This document shows, piece after piece, positions 40,782-50,227 of a DNA stretch of 64,000 nucleotides. The DNA comes from a virus. How positions within the stretch are numbered: position 1 is the first letter of the stretch; each line of letters opens with the position of its first letter. Location of the stretch: positions 1 to 64,000 of the IMG/VR virus record IMGVR_UViG_3300028840_002702; one strand, given 5' to 3'. The notes under the pieces were generated by a model. That model saw nothing but the letters and a program-made list of their open reading frames with translations, was not told the DNA's origin and searched no databases. Position numbers and translations under genes: made by a program.

Positions 40782-41223
40782 AGAAATAGCTAACTTTTCA
40801 AATTGTGTTTCATTTAATGTTGGTTGTGTTATCGTAAAAGATGGTCGCATAATTTCAATGGGTTACAATGGTACACCAAAGGGATTTCAAAATTGTTCAG
40901 AACGATTTCCAAATTTAATTGAACGCCCTCGTAAAACATGGTCAACTGATGAACGTGACGAACATCATGCTTTTTCAGAAGCTCATGAAATTCACGCAGA
41001 AGAAAATGCGATCAATTTTGCTGCTCGACATGGTTTAAGTATTGAAGGTTCAGATGTCTATTGTACTTTACAACCTTGTAATCGTTGTCTTAAAATGTTA
41101 TGTGCACCAGGAATTAAGCGTATTATTTATAGTGAAGAATATGATAAATGTAATCATTGTTCGGAAGTAAGGGAAATGGTAATAAATAGTGGAATTAAAT
41201 TAGAATGGATCCCCTTAAAGTAA
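40735..41223 (+). CDS. dCMP deaminase
   Basis: VGCVIV, GYNGTP, HAEENA, PCNRC zinc motifs. Confidence 0.92.
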   Translation: MPSKEIIDQTFLRIAREIANFSNCVSFNVGCVIVKDGRIISMGYNGTPKGFQNCSERFPNLIERPRKTWSTDERDEHHAFSEAHEIHAEENAINFAARHGLSIEGSDVYCTLQPCNRCLKMLCAPGIKRIIYSEEYDKCNHCSEVREMVINSGIKLEWIPLK

Positions 41224-41597
41224 TAATTGCTGGAACTAGATCAATTGAAGATATCCAATTAATTTATAATGCTATTGAAGATTCTGGTTTTGAAATTTCA
41301 GAAGTTGTGAGTGGTTGTGCTAGAGGTGTAGATTCTCTGGGTGAACAATGGGCAGAAGAAAATAATATTTCTATCAAAAAGTTTCCCGCTGATTGGAAAG
41401 ATTTAGAAACTCCACCTGTACGAATTAAAACAAACGGATATGGTCAGTATAATGCATTAGCTGGATTTGTTAGAAATCAAAAAATGGCTAATTACGCTAA
41501 TGCACTTATAGCAATAACTACAGGAAGTCCTGGAACTAAGGATATGATAGATCGTGCAAAGAAAAATGGTCTATATGTATTTGTAAAATATGTCTAA
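41205..41597 (+). CDS. SLOG/YspA-like (DUF2493) protein
   Basis: IIAGTR, VSGCARGVD..GE.WA, RNQKMA, SPGTKDMI motifs. Confidence 0.8.
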   Translation: MDPLKVIIAGTRSIEDIQLIYNAIEDSGFEISEVVSGCARGVDSLGEQWAEENNISIKKFPADWKDLETPPVRIKTNGYGQYNALAGFVRNQKMANYANALIAITTGSPGTKDMIDRAKKNGLYVFVKYV

Positions 41598-42678
41598 AAA
41601 AGTATTTGTATCAGGTTGTTATGATATTATCCATGGTGGCCATGTAGAATTTTTTACTCAAGCTAAAAATCATGGTGGACCAAAAGCAAAATTAATTGTT
41701 AGTTTTGCAAGTGATGATGTTTTACTTAAATATAAAGATCGAAAATCGTCTTTACCTCAAGAACATAAAAAACGAATTTTAGAATCACTTGCAGTAGTTG
41801 ATGAAGTGGTTATAGGAACTAACGTGGACAGTGACGGGATAGATTTCTATGATCATTTCATTAATTTAAAACCGGATTATCTTGTAGTTACTGAAGATGA
41901 TAAATATGAAGAACAAAAAAGAGCACTTTGCAAAAAAGTTGGTACTGAATATATAATTCTTCCAAAAACATTACATTATGAAAAGATCTCAACAACTGAA
42001 ATTGTTAATTGGATTAAAGCTCCAAAAGAAGTTCCATTAAGAGTTGATTTTGCTGGTGGTTGGTTAGATGTTCCAAAATATTCAGATAAAGATGCATACA
42101 TTGTAAACTGCTCAATCAGTCCTTTAGTATCACTTAAAGAATGGTCATACAACATTAAAAGTGGATTGGGTGGATCTGGCGCTTATGCAATACTCACAGG
42201 TGTTGATGGTGTTAAGAGTGAATTAGATATGGGTGTTGGGTGGCAAGATCCAGCAATTATTCAAGAAACTGGATTATGTGTTTGGCGATCTGGTGAAAAA
42301 CCTGTATTAGAAGTTAAAGTTAATCCCGATTTTCTTCAAGGTAAGATGGCATTATTTTGGACTGGTTATGATCATGATACTCCATCAAATGTAAATAACA
42401 AACGTCCATTTGATAAAATTAAACGTGCATCAATACGTGCAGCAGACGCTGTAGTTGAAAAAGATTATAATCTACTTTGTATTGCTATAGATATTTCGTT
42501 TTCAGCTCAATTATCAGAAGGCATGGCTTGGCTTCCTATTACAGATGGTTGTATAGCACGTAAATATTGCGGTGGTGGTTGGGGTGGCTATGCTCTATAT
42601 ATGTTTGATACAGAAAACAATAGAGATAAATTTTGTGAACGAACAGATGTAATTCCAATAGAACCATTTATGCGATGA
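41590..42678 (+). CDS. fusion of HxGH nucleotidyltransferase and GHMP-kinase-like domain
   Basis: SGCYDIIHGGH...ISTT (cytidylyltransferase-like); PLRVDFAGGWLD, SGLGGSG, GWQD, GGGWGG (GHMP sugar kinase motifs). Confidence 0.8.
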   Translation: MSKKVFVSGCYDIIHGGHVEFFTQAKNHGGPKAKLIVSFASDDVLLKYKDRKSSLPQEHKKRILESLAVVDEVVIGTNVDSDGIDFYDHFINLKPDYLVVTEDDKYEEQKRALCKKVGTEYIILPKTLHYEKISTTEIVNWIKAPKEVPLRVDFAGGWLDVPKYSDKDAYIVNCSISPLVSLKEWSYNIKSGLGGSGAYAILTGVDGVKSELDMGVGWQDPAIIQETGLCVWRSGEKPVLEVKVNPDFLQGKMALFWTGYDHDTPSNVNNKRPFDKIKRASIRAADAVVEKDYNLLCIAIDISFSAQLSEGMAWLPITDGCIARKYCGGGWGGYALYMFDTENNRDKFCERTDVIPIEPFMR

Positions 42679-43127
42679 AGTTTCAAACAACAGCTGATAG
42701 TCCAAATAGAATTCGAGATAAACAATGGGTTGAAGAAACTTATAATCTCGACGAATTTGGCTGTTCAGCTTATGAAATTTATACGCTTAAACGAACGTTA
42801 ATTGCAATAGGATATATTAGGATAGTATATGGTGATCATGGTCCATATATTGAATTAGACGAGAAAAATCTAATTGAAGATAATTGGAAACCGATCATTA
42901 GAAAAAGTAAATATGCATATTACGACGAACGCTATCCAATAGATGGTTCAGAATGTATGTTGTATATTCAGAAAAGACGAGTAACTGATCTTGCTAATCC
43001 TCCTAAAGGAAAAAGATCAGTTCGAAATGACAGAATTGGTGGATATGCAGATTACAGAGTTGGCAAATTGTATATCTCACCAGAATTTATTTTACCACAA
43101 AAGGCTGTAGATCTGAGTGAACTATGA
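42675..43127 (+). CDS. hypothetical protein
   Basis: 150-aa translationally coupled ORF; RIVYGDHGPYIE and YADYRVGK segments. Confidence 0.65.
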   Translation: MKFQTTADSPNRIRDKQWVEETYNLDEFGCSAYEIYTLKRTLIAIGYIRIVYGDHGPYIELDEKNLIEDNWKPIIRKSKYAYYDERYPIDGSECMLYIQKRRVTDLANPPKGKRSVRNDRIGGYADYRVGKLYISPEFILPQKAVDLSEL

Positions 43128-43492
43128 AAATTACTAATACTTATGAAGCAAAACTTTATATTGGTCTAAAAGAAGGTTATGAAGGCTGGGTACGTGATAT
43201 TACTGAAATTGAAACAGTTTGTCAACAATATTGTAACGATATTGGTCTTGGAGTAACTATTACACCAACAAAATTTGTTTATACCGGTGGAAATGAAAAT
43301 GGCGCAATTATTGGATTGATTAATTATCCACGATTCCCAAAAGAACCAGAAGAAATAACTCAACATATGGCAAATATTGCTGCTATACTGATCCCAAAAT
43401 TGAAACAACATAGAGCAACTATTGTTTGTACAGATAAAACAATTATGATTGAAAAGGAAGATATTGAAGATGGAAATGAAAAAACAGATTGA
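43124..43492 (+). CDS. hypothetical protein
   Basis: Coupled ORF with the INYPRFP motif seen in phage hypotheticals. Confidence 0.65.
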   Translation: MKITNTYEAKLYIGLKEGYEGWVRDITEIETVCQQYCNDIGLGVTITPTKFVYTGGNENGAIIGLINYPRFPKEPEEITQHMANIAAILIPKLKQHRATIVCTDKTIMIEKEDIEDGNEKTD

Positions 43493-43922
43493 AGAACAAT
43501 TTGACATAATGGTTGCATTTTATGACGCTTTTATTCGAAGCGAACATAATAAAGATGTACATTTTATCACTGATTCAGAAAAAGCTAATGAAGCAATACC
43601 AGTTGCAAAACCAATGGAAAGACGATTTGGTTATGCATTTTTTTCAAAAGAATTTTATCGTGATATGATATTTCTTTATAATGGAATGCAATTTAAGGGT
43701 GATGTAACTCCTCTATTAATCATGCAAGATGAAGAAAAAGTTTATGCTTTATTATACAGTCCGAGTTTTCGTAAACTGGAACCAGAAGAAATTGTTCCAA
43801 AATATATTTTTGCTGTTGAAAAATTAATCAATGAAGAACATTCTAAAGAAGGAAGTAAAATCGTTGGAGTGCGGTTCCTTTGTCCTTGGAATGAATTCGT
43901 TGAAGAAGATGATGTAAAATAA
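43470..43922 (+). CDS. hypothetical protein
   Basis: Likely start MEMKKQ at 43470. Confidence 0.6.
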   Translation: MEMKKQIEEQFDIMVAFYDAFIRSEHNKDVHFITDSEKANEAIPVAKPMERRFGYAFFSKEFYRDMIFLYNGMQFKGDVTPLLIMQDEEKVYALLYSPSFRKLEPEEIVPKYIFAVEKLINEEHSKEGSKIVGVRFLCPWNEFVEEDDVK

Positions 43923-44120
43923 TTTTTCTGTCAAAATTTTAATCAAAGTATATTAAGGTCGTAGAAGATTTATTCACTTATAAGTTAGGATTAGTTACTG
44001 AACATTCTGATTATCCAATAACACAGCATGTTCTTAATGTATGTGATTGGAAAACTATGAAATGTGGAGGAACTACCATAAGTGGTGGAGGAGGATCTAA
44101 TTATGAAAAATTTGATGAAT

Positions 44121-44128
44121 TATAAATA
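44121..44128 (+). promoter_or_regulatory. T4-type late promoter TATAAATA
   Basis: Exact consensus 18 nt upstream of 44146, with AAGGAG RBS. Confidence 0.75.
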
Positions 44129-44145
44129 TCTTAAAGGAGATTTTT

Positions 44146-44535
44146 ATGAACAAATTTAATAAAAAATACGAAAAATTACTTCAAGAATATCGCTATCATT
44201 CTGATTATGCAAAACTTGGAACTGAAAACAGAGCAACTTTAGAAGTTGAAAATTTACCTGCAGGTTATGTTTGGGAATTACTTAATAAAGATAATTTTCA
44301 AGCTGTAACAAAACAAATTGGCGCCCCACCCTCAACAGATGATGGACAAGAAATTTTTGTTTTGAAAAAAGGTTCTGAATATAAAGTTGCTTTTATTGTT
44401 AATCCAAAAGATGGTACTCCTGTTCTTCTTTTCCATAAATATGGTACTAAAGGATTAGAAAAACATGCAGAAGCATTAGATATAACTTTTGATGATATTG
44501 GAGCCGGTGATTGGCGAGAGTATATTCAAAAATAA
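44146..44535 (+). CDS. late protein with capsid-targeting-like leader (putative internal head protein)
   Basis: MNKFNKKYEKLLQE leader shared with the 57453-59597 genes; late promoter. Confidence 0.55.
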   Translation: MNKFNKKYEKLLQEYRYHSDYAKLGTENRATLEVENLPAGYVWELLNKDNFQAVTKQIGAPPSTDDGQEIFVLKKGSEYKVAFIVNPKDGTPVLLFHKYGTKGLEKHAEALDITFDDIGAGDWREYIQK

Positions 44536-44551
44536 TTTCTATCAAATTTAT

Positions 44552-44590
44552 AAATCAAAGTATATTTCTTAGTATACTTTGATTTTTTCT
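44552..44590 (+). terminator. hairpin/terminator overlapping the DNA polymerase promoter
   Basis: Perfect 13-bp stem AAATCAAAGTATA/TATACTTTGATTT followed by T-rich tract; right arm contains the GTATAC box of a GTATAC-N17-TATATA promoter (44572-44600). Confidence 0.65.
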
Positions 44591-44649
44591 TGTTTATATA
44601 TCTATATCTGAAACGAAAGACGGTAATACCGCAACACGAGGAGAAATTA

Positions 44650-47319
44650 ATGTACAGAAATGTAGTGTACCGTGTCGGTCCTGACACTGGTTGGAAAGGT
44701 GAAATTACGCTTTACACCTGGGATGAAGATGGAATTCCCGAAGAAAGAGTTTACCCCCACAAATCAAGACTTTATTACGAACGCCCAAATGGACATTATA
44801 AATCCATGTATGGCACTCTACTCGAAAAGAAAGAATTTGATTCTATTATTGAAAGATCTCGATGGATAAAAAATAATCCTGGTATTAAAATCTTTGAATG
44901 TTTTCATCCCGAACGTGAATTTCTAATTGATTACTTTGATGGTGAACAAGAAAAAGATGATTTTGCAAAACACGAACTTCGTACACATATTATCGATATT
45001 GAAATAGCGGTTGAAGAAGAATTCCCGCTACCAAGTAATCCAATTTATCCAATTAATGTACTTACTGTGTATGACAATTATCTTGATGAATATCATACAT
45101 GGATCTTTAAACATAAAAAATGGTGTAAGCCAGATACAGACTTTACAATAATCCCAGATGATATTGATAAAAGCGTTGAAATTCCTACAAACGTTGAATT
45201 ACATGTATTTGATGATGAAATGGAAATGTATATGGACTTTCTTCGTTGGTTCAAACATAATAGACCAGATGTTTTAACTGGTTGGAATGTAGAAGACTTT
45301 GATATTCCATATCTTGTTGAACGTATTGAAGTATTTCTTGGTGAAACTGTTGAACTATTATCTCCTGTCGGTACTATTAAGAAAGAAATGCGCGAACAAC
45401 GTGGGTTTGATTCTCGTAAACTCTATTCTTATAAAGTTAAAGGTATTTCTACGTTAGACTATTTACCAATTTATCGTTTTAAATTCGGCGCTAATCTTCC
45501 ATCATATAAATTAGAAAATGTAGCTATGGAAGAACTTGGATATGGTAAAATTAGTTATGAAGGATCATTTAAGCAGTTCTATCGTAATCATTTTGTAAAA
45601 TTTGTATATTACAATATTATTGACGTAAAAGTAGTTAAGGATTTAGATACAAAACTTAAATATATAGCTCTTGCTCGTAACATTTGTAATATTGGTTTAA
45701 GTGAATATGAATCAATCTTTAGATCTTCACCAGCTATTATCGGTGCTCTTTGTCTTCAAGCACATCAAATGGACGTAAAAATTATGACAAACGCTGGTGT
45801 TGAACCAGTTGAAGCTAGTTTTACAGGTGCGTTTGTGTTTGATGTTAAACGTGGTATTTATCATGGTGGAACAAGTTCATTAGACTTAAATTCGCTATAT
45901 CCAAACTTGATGATTAACTTAAATATTAGTCCTGAGACTAAAATAGGTAAGATAATTTATCGAGATGATGATGAAATTATGATTAAATTTCAAAATGGAT
46001 CTATCAAAAAGATGCATCCATCGAAATTAGAAGAACTTCGTGGTAAAGTTACAATATCTCCAAATGGTGTCTTATACATTAATCCGAAGAAAAAGGTTGG
46101 ATTAATGCCAGCATTCCTTGAACGTCTTTATAAGAAACGTAAAGAAGTTCAAGCTCGAGATAAAGTTGTACAAGATAAAATCGAGAAAATTAAAGCCAAA
46201 CTTAAAGAACTTTCTAAAGAAAAAGTTGATATTGTTAAACCAAAATTAGCTGAGCTTGAAACATTGCATCAAAATCTAAATAATAGACAACATGCTTATA
46301 AAATCTTTCTTAATTCTATTTATGGTCAGCTTGGTAACCGTTACTTCCCACTATTTGATCTTGATAATGCTGAAGCTGTTACACTCTCAGGACAAAAAGT
46401 AATTAAAGAATCTGCACGTTTTCTACAAACATATTTTCAAAAGAAATACAAGCTTTCAGATTATGAAGCACCGCTTGCTGGTGATACTGACTCATTATAT
46501 TTTGATTGTTCACCAACAACACAAGCAGTACTTGGCCATCTTCCTGAAAAATGGGATGACGAAATGATTCAACGAGTTTGTGACGAGCTTGATAAAGATC
46601 TTGTGAAAAAGATTAATGCCAATTGTGGTAGAATTACTGAACAAGAGTTTATGTCTCCGTTAAAAAATATTGTATTTAAACGTGAAACATTCTGTACTGA
46701 AGCAATGTTCCTTGCTAAGAAACGTAATATTCTACATGTTCGTAACGATGAAGGTATTCCAGTAGATAAATGGAAATGTACTGGTGTTGATATTAAACGT
46801 AATGAACTTCCTGGAAAAATCAAAGATTCATTAAAGCATATTATGTTTACTTCTCTTGTTGATAGATGGACAGCTGGTGATTATGCTGGTGAAATCAAAG
46901 AAGTTTGGCATAAATTTAATGAATTGACAGCTGATGATATTGCTTTTAATAAAGGTTATACAACTGAAAAGAAATCTAATGGATTTTTGAAAGCTGAAAA
47001 AGGATCTCTAATACATGCTAGAGGTGCAATCTATCATAATCATATTATCGAAAATTTGAAACTTGAAGATCAATACGATAAAATTCAAGTTGGAGATAAA
47101 ATTAGATTTGCACGAGTATTAAAAACTAATGTGTATGGTATAGATGTTATCGCTTGGAAAGACGAATGGCCACCAGAATTTGATGAAATTTTTACTATTG
47201 ATTATCAAATGATGTTTGAAAAAGTTGTTCTCGCTCCTCTTAAAAGGATTATTGAAATCAACAATTGGTCAAGAATGCACCCAGCAAACGAAGTAGAAAC
47301 AGATATAATGAATTTGTAA
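44650..47319 (+). CDS. family B DNA polymerase (gp43-like)
   Basis: Exo DIE, GWNVEDFDIPY, YNIID; pol DLNSLYP, KIFLNSIYG, GDTDS; start corrected to 44650 (GAGGAG RBS). Confidence 0.96.
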   Translation: MYRNVVYRVGPDTGWKGEITLYTWDEDGIPEERVYPHKSRLYYERPNGHYKSMYGTLLEKKEFDSIIERSRWIKNNPGIKIFECFHPEREFLIDYFDGEQEKDDFAKHELRTHIIDIEIAVEEEFPLPSNPIYPINVLTVYDNYLDEYHTWIFKHKKWCKPDTDFTIIPDDIDKSVEIPTNVELHVFDDEMEMYMDFLRWFKHNRPDVLTGWNVEDFDIPYLVERIEVFLGETVELLSPVGTIKKEMREQRGFDSRKLYSYKVKGISTLDYLPIYRFKFGANLPSYKLENVAMEELGYGKISYEGSFKQFYRNHFVKFVYYNIIDVKVVKDLDTKLKYIALARNICNIGLSEYESIFRSSPAIIGALCLQAHQMDVKIMTNAGVEPVEASFTGAFVFDVKRGIYHGGTSSLDLNSLYPNLMINLNISPETKIGKIIYRDDDEIMIKFQNGSIKKMHPSKLEELRGKVTISPNGVLYINPKKKVGLMPAFLERLYKKRKEVQARDKVVQDKIEKIKAKLKELSKEKVDIVKPKLAELETLHQNLNNRQHAYKIFLNSIYGQLGNRYFPLFDLDNAEAVTLSGQKVIKESARFLQTYFQKKYKLSDYEAPLAGDTDSLYFDCSPTTQAVLGHLPEKWDDEMIQRVCDELDKDLVKKINANCGRITEQEFMSPLKNIVFKRETFCTEAMFLAKKRNILHVRNDEGIPVDKWKCTGVDIKRNELPGKIKDSLKHIMFTSLVDRWTAGDYAGEIKEVWHKFNELTADDIAFNKGYTTEKKSNGFLKAEKGSLIHARGAIYHNHIIENLKLEDQYDKIQVGDKIRFARVLKTNVYGIDVIAWKDEWPPEFDEIFTIDYQMMFEKVVLAPLKRIIEINNWSRMHPANEVETDIMNL

Positions 47320-47348
47320 CTATACTTTGTTTAAATCTAGGTTATATT
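47320..47348 (+). promoter_or_regulatory. early/middle promoter (TATACT-N16-TATATT)
   Basis: Same geometry as the other copies; upstream of the DNA modification operon. Confidence 0.5.
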
Positions 47349-47369
47349 ATTAAATAAGGTCATGCATTA

Positions 47370-47702
47370 ATGAATATAGGTGAATTGAAGGAGATGATCT
47401 GGTCAATTATCGACGTACATATTGGAGGGATTCCAGTTACGGAGAAAATTTACATAGACATCAGTAACAACTATTTGCAAGAAGATGAACTAGGATTCTG
47501 TGAAACAACTGATGATTTTAAATCAGCATTCATAACATTTAATGAATTAGAACTTAATTGTATGGATGATTCAGAACAAATTGACGTTATATGTCATGAA
47601 ATAGCTCATTTAATTTGTGAAGATAAAGAAGAATTTGAAGAACATGATCAACTATGGCAGAATGTTGTAGTTGCACTTGGTGGAATGCCAAATTATTATT
47701 GA
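47370..47702 (+). CDS. SprT-like zinc metalloprotease domain protein
   Basis: HEIAH...H..W...V..LGG motif. Confidence 0.7.
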   Translation: MNIGELKEMIWSIIDVHIGGIPVTEKIYIDISNNYLQEDELGFCETTDDFKSAFITFNELELNCMDDSEQIDVICHEIAHLICEDKEEFEEHDQLWQNVVVALGGMPNYY

Positions 47703-47712
47703 GAGTTAAATA

Positions 47713-48915
47713 ATGAAAATCTGTTGTATTGAATATAATTTTGATGCATTTAATGGTGGTGCAGCCACCTTTACCCGAGAGACAGTCAAACTATTTAATA
47801 AGTATTCTGATACGTTTGATGTAGATATTGTACAGTACGATCCAATTGAAAAGAAGTGTGAAGTACTTGAAGTTAAACATATTGATGACGTTGATATAGA
47901 ATCTTACGATATTGTAATGCATGGATGTGTAAACTGTGTTAATCGTGAGAATGACGAAATTCTTGATCTGTTAGTTAGCTTGAAGAATCCTCGTACTGTA
48001 TTCTTTGAACATGACCGTTATCCTGTACAACGTGTATTTTGGCATCAAAAGAAAAAAGCACGTACTGCAATGGCATGTGATTATATTATTACATGTCATC
48101 CTTTTATGTATAAAGAATTTGTTGAAGATAAAAGTAGAATCTTAGAATATAATACTTGGTTGAACTATAGAGATGTAACTGATGTTACTGAAGTTAAACC
48201 TTTTAATGAGCGCGAAATTGATGTTCTTTATCAAGCTCGTATTGCTCCCAAGAAAGGTTCTGATGGATATCTTGAATTTGCAACAACAACTAAAGAACTT
48301 GGTCTTTATGAAAATTATATGATGTATGGATTTACTGGAATGCCAGCAGAAATTTCTTGTAAAAAACATCCATCAGTATTTACTCGAATTCATAAAGATC
48401 CAAATAAACTGGTTTATAATACTCCAAAATCATTTATTGAACTTAATAAATTTGTTACCACAAATGAAGGTGTCTTAGATAATTTCAATAATGCTAAAAT
48501 TACTTGGGCAGCTTATAAACTTGGTAAACAAAGTAAAGATGTAAATGTTAAAATGCATAAAGGATGGGAAGGTGCTCAGCTCGAAGCTTTGGCTGCTGGA
48601 ACTATTCTTATCTGTAATGGTTTACAACGTGATCTTGAAATCTGCGGTAAACGTCTCGAAGAATATGGTTGTTTTTTCTTTATCGACGATAACCAAATGG
48701 AGCCGCTAATTGAAGAAGTTAAGAATGCTAATCTTGAAGAAATGTATCAGAAGTTAATGGAATTTAGAAAGATTCTATTTAATGATAAGAATTTCGTTCA
48801 AGGTTGGGCTGATGTTTTAATTCCGATTTATAAAGGTGAAAAGAAAGAAACTTTTATAATTGAAGCAAGCACTTTTAAGGAATATAAAGAAAATAACAGT
48901 ACAAGAACTAATTAA
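47713..48915 (+). CDS. GT-B glycosyltransferase, DNA alpha-glucosyltransferase-like
   Basis: FNGGAATFTRE N-terminus, FFEHD, YQARIAPKKG, EGAQLEALAAG (EX7E-like); position beside the polymerase as in T-even phages. Confidence 0.65.
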   Translation: MKICCIEYNFDAFNGGAATFTRETVKLFNKYSDTFDVDIVQYDPIEKKCEVLEVKHIDDVDIESYDIVMHGCVNCVNRENDEILDLLVSLKNPRTVFFEHDRYPVQRVFWHQKKKARTAMACDYIITCHPFMYKEFVEDKSRILEYNTWLNYRDVTDVTEVKPFNEREIDVLYQARIAPKKGSDGYLEFATTTKELGLYENYMMYGFTGMPAEISCKKHPSVFTRIHKDPNKLVYNTPKSFIELNKFVTTNEGVLDNFNNAKITWAAYKLGKQSKDVNVKMHKGWEGAQLEALAAGTILICNGLQRDLEICGKRLEEYGCFFFIDDNQMEPLIEEVKNANLEEMYQKLMEFRKILFNDKNFVQGWADVLIPIYKGEKKETFIIEASTFKEYKENNSTRTN

Positions 48916-48937
48916 CATTTTAATAATTGAGGACTAA

Positions 48938-50224
48938 ATGAAAAAACATAAAGCTATCGCATATGCGATTTTTACCGGATCAAATTATATCGGCTGTATG
49001 AATACGGGTCGTTTTGAACAAGACACAATTCTTGAAAATTCTGATGCATGTTTAGAAGGAAATTCGATGCATCTCGCTGGGTGTACTGCAAATTTAAAAA
49101 TTGTCAAACCTAGTGAATGGAAAGAAGAAAATTATTTAGAAAATCATCCAAGTTGTGGTTGTGATTATTTCTATGCTAATCCAAATTGTAGTGGATTAAG
49201 TCGAATTAATCGTAATGCTAATGCAGATCATTACAGAAATTTTTCTCTAAATGAATCTGTTGATATTATTGACAAGCTTGGTCCAAAAACTTTCTTTATT
49301 GAAAATGCTCCAACACTAAGTAGTCAAACTGGCTGGCCTATTCTTACTCGAATGGCAGAAGTACTTGGCGAAAATTACACATTCAATGTAACTCGTGATT
49401 ATGGAAAATTTCACAATGTTCCAATGGGAAGACATCGTACTTTGGTAACTGGTTATCGCCGTGATGTTTTTGATAATAAAACTTTCAAACTTCCACATAA
49501 AGTTGTAACAACTAAAAAACTACTTGAAGAAGTTGGTTCAGATTTGATGCCACAAGATGTAGGTGTATTTAATTACGAACCATTTACTCATGATATGATT
49601 CAAATTGTTGAACAAAATTTCGAGATCTTTCAAGAAATTATTGAGAAGTATCAAAAGAAATTTACTATACTTTCTATTATTCTTTCAACTCATCCTCGTA
49701 ATATCAATAAAGCGTTGGAAGAATCTTATGACTGGGATACAATCATAAGAAAAACTAAGATGGAAAATGACAAGCATAAAGATAGTATTATTCGAGACAT
49801 TGATCGTAAGATTGTGAAACTCGCTGGAGGCGGGGGTGTCTGGGATAAGAGTCCAACACTGATTCATAAAGATGTTCAAATGGGAATTAGTCTGACTGCT
49901 ATGGCAATTATGTATAATTACGAAGAACGTCGTTTGTTTAATATCCGCGAATACGCAAACATGATGGGATATCCAAATGATTTCGTATTCAAACCTGGTG
50001 TTACAATTGGACATATTGCACAGGGTGTTCCAGCGAATTTTGCACAATATGTTCATGAACATATCGCTAACGTTCTTGATAATCCTCAAGGTAATGTTGA
50101 ATCAGTTGATGCTGATGCGGTTGTTCAATTGAATAATGCTAAAGAAGCAAGAACTGCAGCGGTTGATCTTGAAAGATTTAAAATACTCGGAAATATTAAC
50201 TCAGCATTTGTAAAAGGAGAATAA
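48938..50224 (+). CDS. atypical DNA C5-cytosine methyltransferase-family protein
   Basis: Motif IV NPNCSGLS, VI FIENA, VIII VPMGRHR, IX RLFNIREYANMMGYP, X IAQGVP; motif I degenerate (IFTGSNYIG). Confidence 0.75.
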   Translation: MKKHKAIAYAIFTGSNYIGCMNTGRFEQDTILENSDACLEGNSMHLAGCTANLKIVKPSEWKEENYLENHPSCGCDYFYANPNCSGLSRINRNANADHYRNFSLNESVDIIDKLGPKTFFIENAPTLSSQTGWPILTRMAEVLGENYTFNVTRDYGKFHNVPMGRHRTLVTGYRRDVFDNKTFKLPHKVVTTKKLLEEVGSDLMPQDVGVFNYEPFTHDMIQIVEQNFEIFQEIIEKYQKKFTILSIILSTHPRNINKALEESYDWDTIIRKTKMENDKHKDSIIRDIDRKIVKLAGGGGVWDKSPTLIHKDVQMGISLTAMAIMYNYEERRLFNIREYANMMGYPNDFVFKPGVTIGHIAQGVPANFAQYVHEHIANVLDNPQGNVESVDADAVVQLNNAKEARTAAVDLERFKILGNINSAFVKGE

Positions 50225-50227
50225 CAG

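Noticed and set aside
35492-47319. Inteins or introns in nrdJ or the DNA polymerase
   Set aside because: Both ORFs are continuous and of normal size; no intein splice motifs or homing endonuclease recognised; the charged ~45-aa insert near the NrdJ C-terminus is too short
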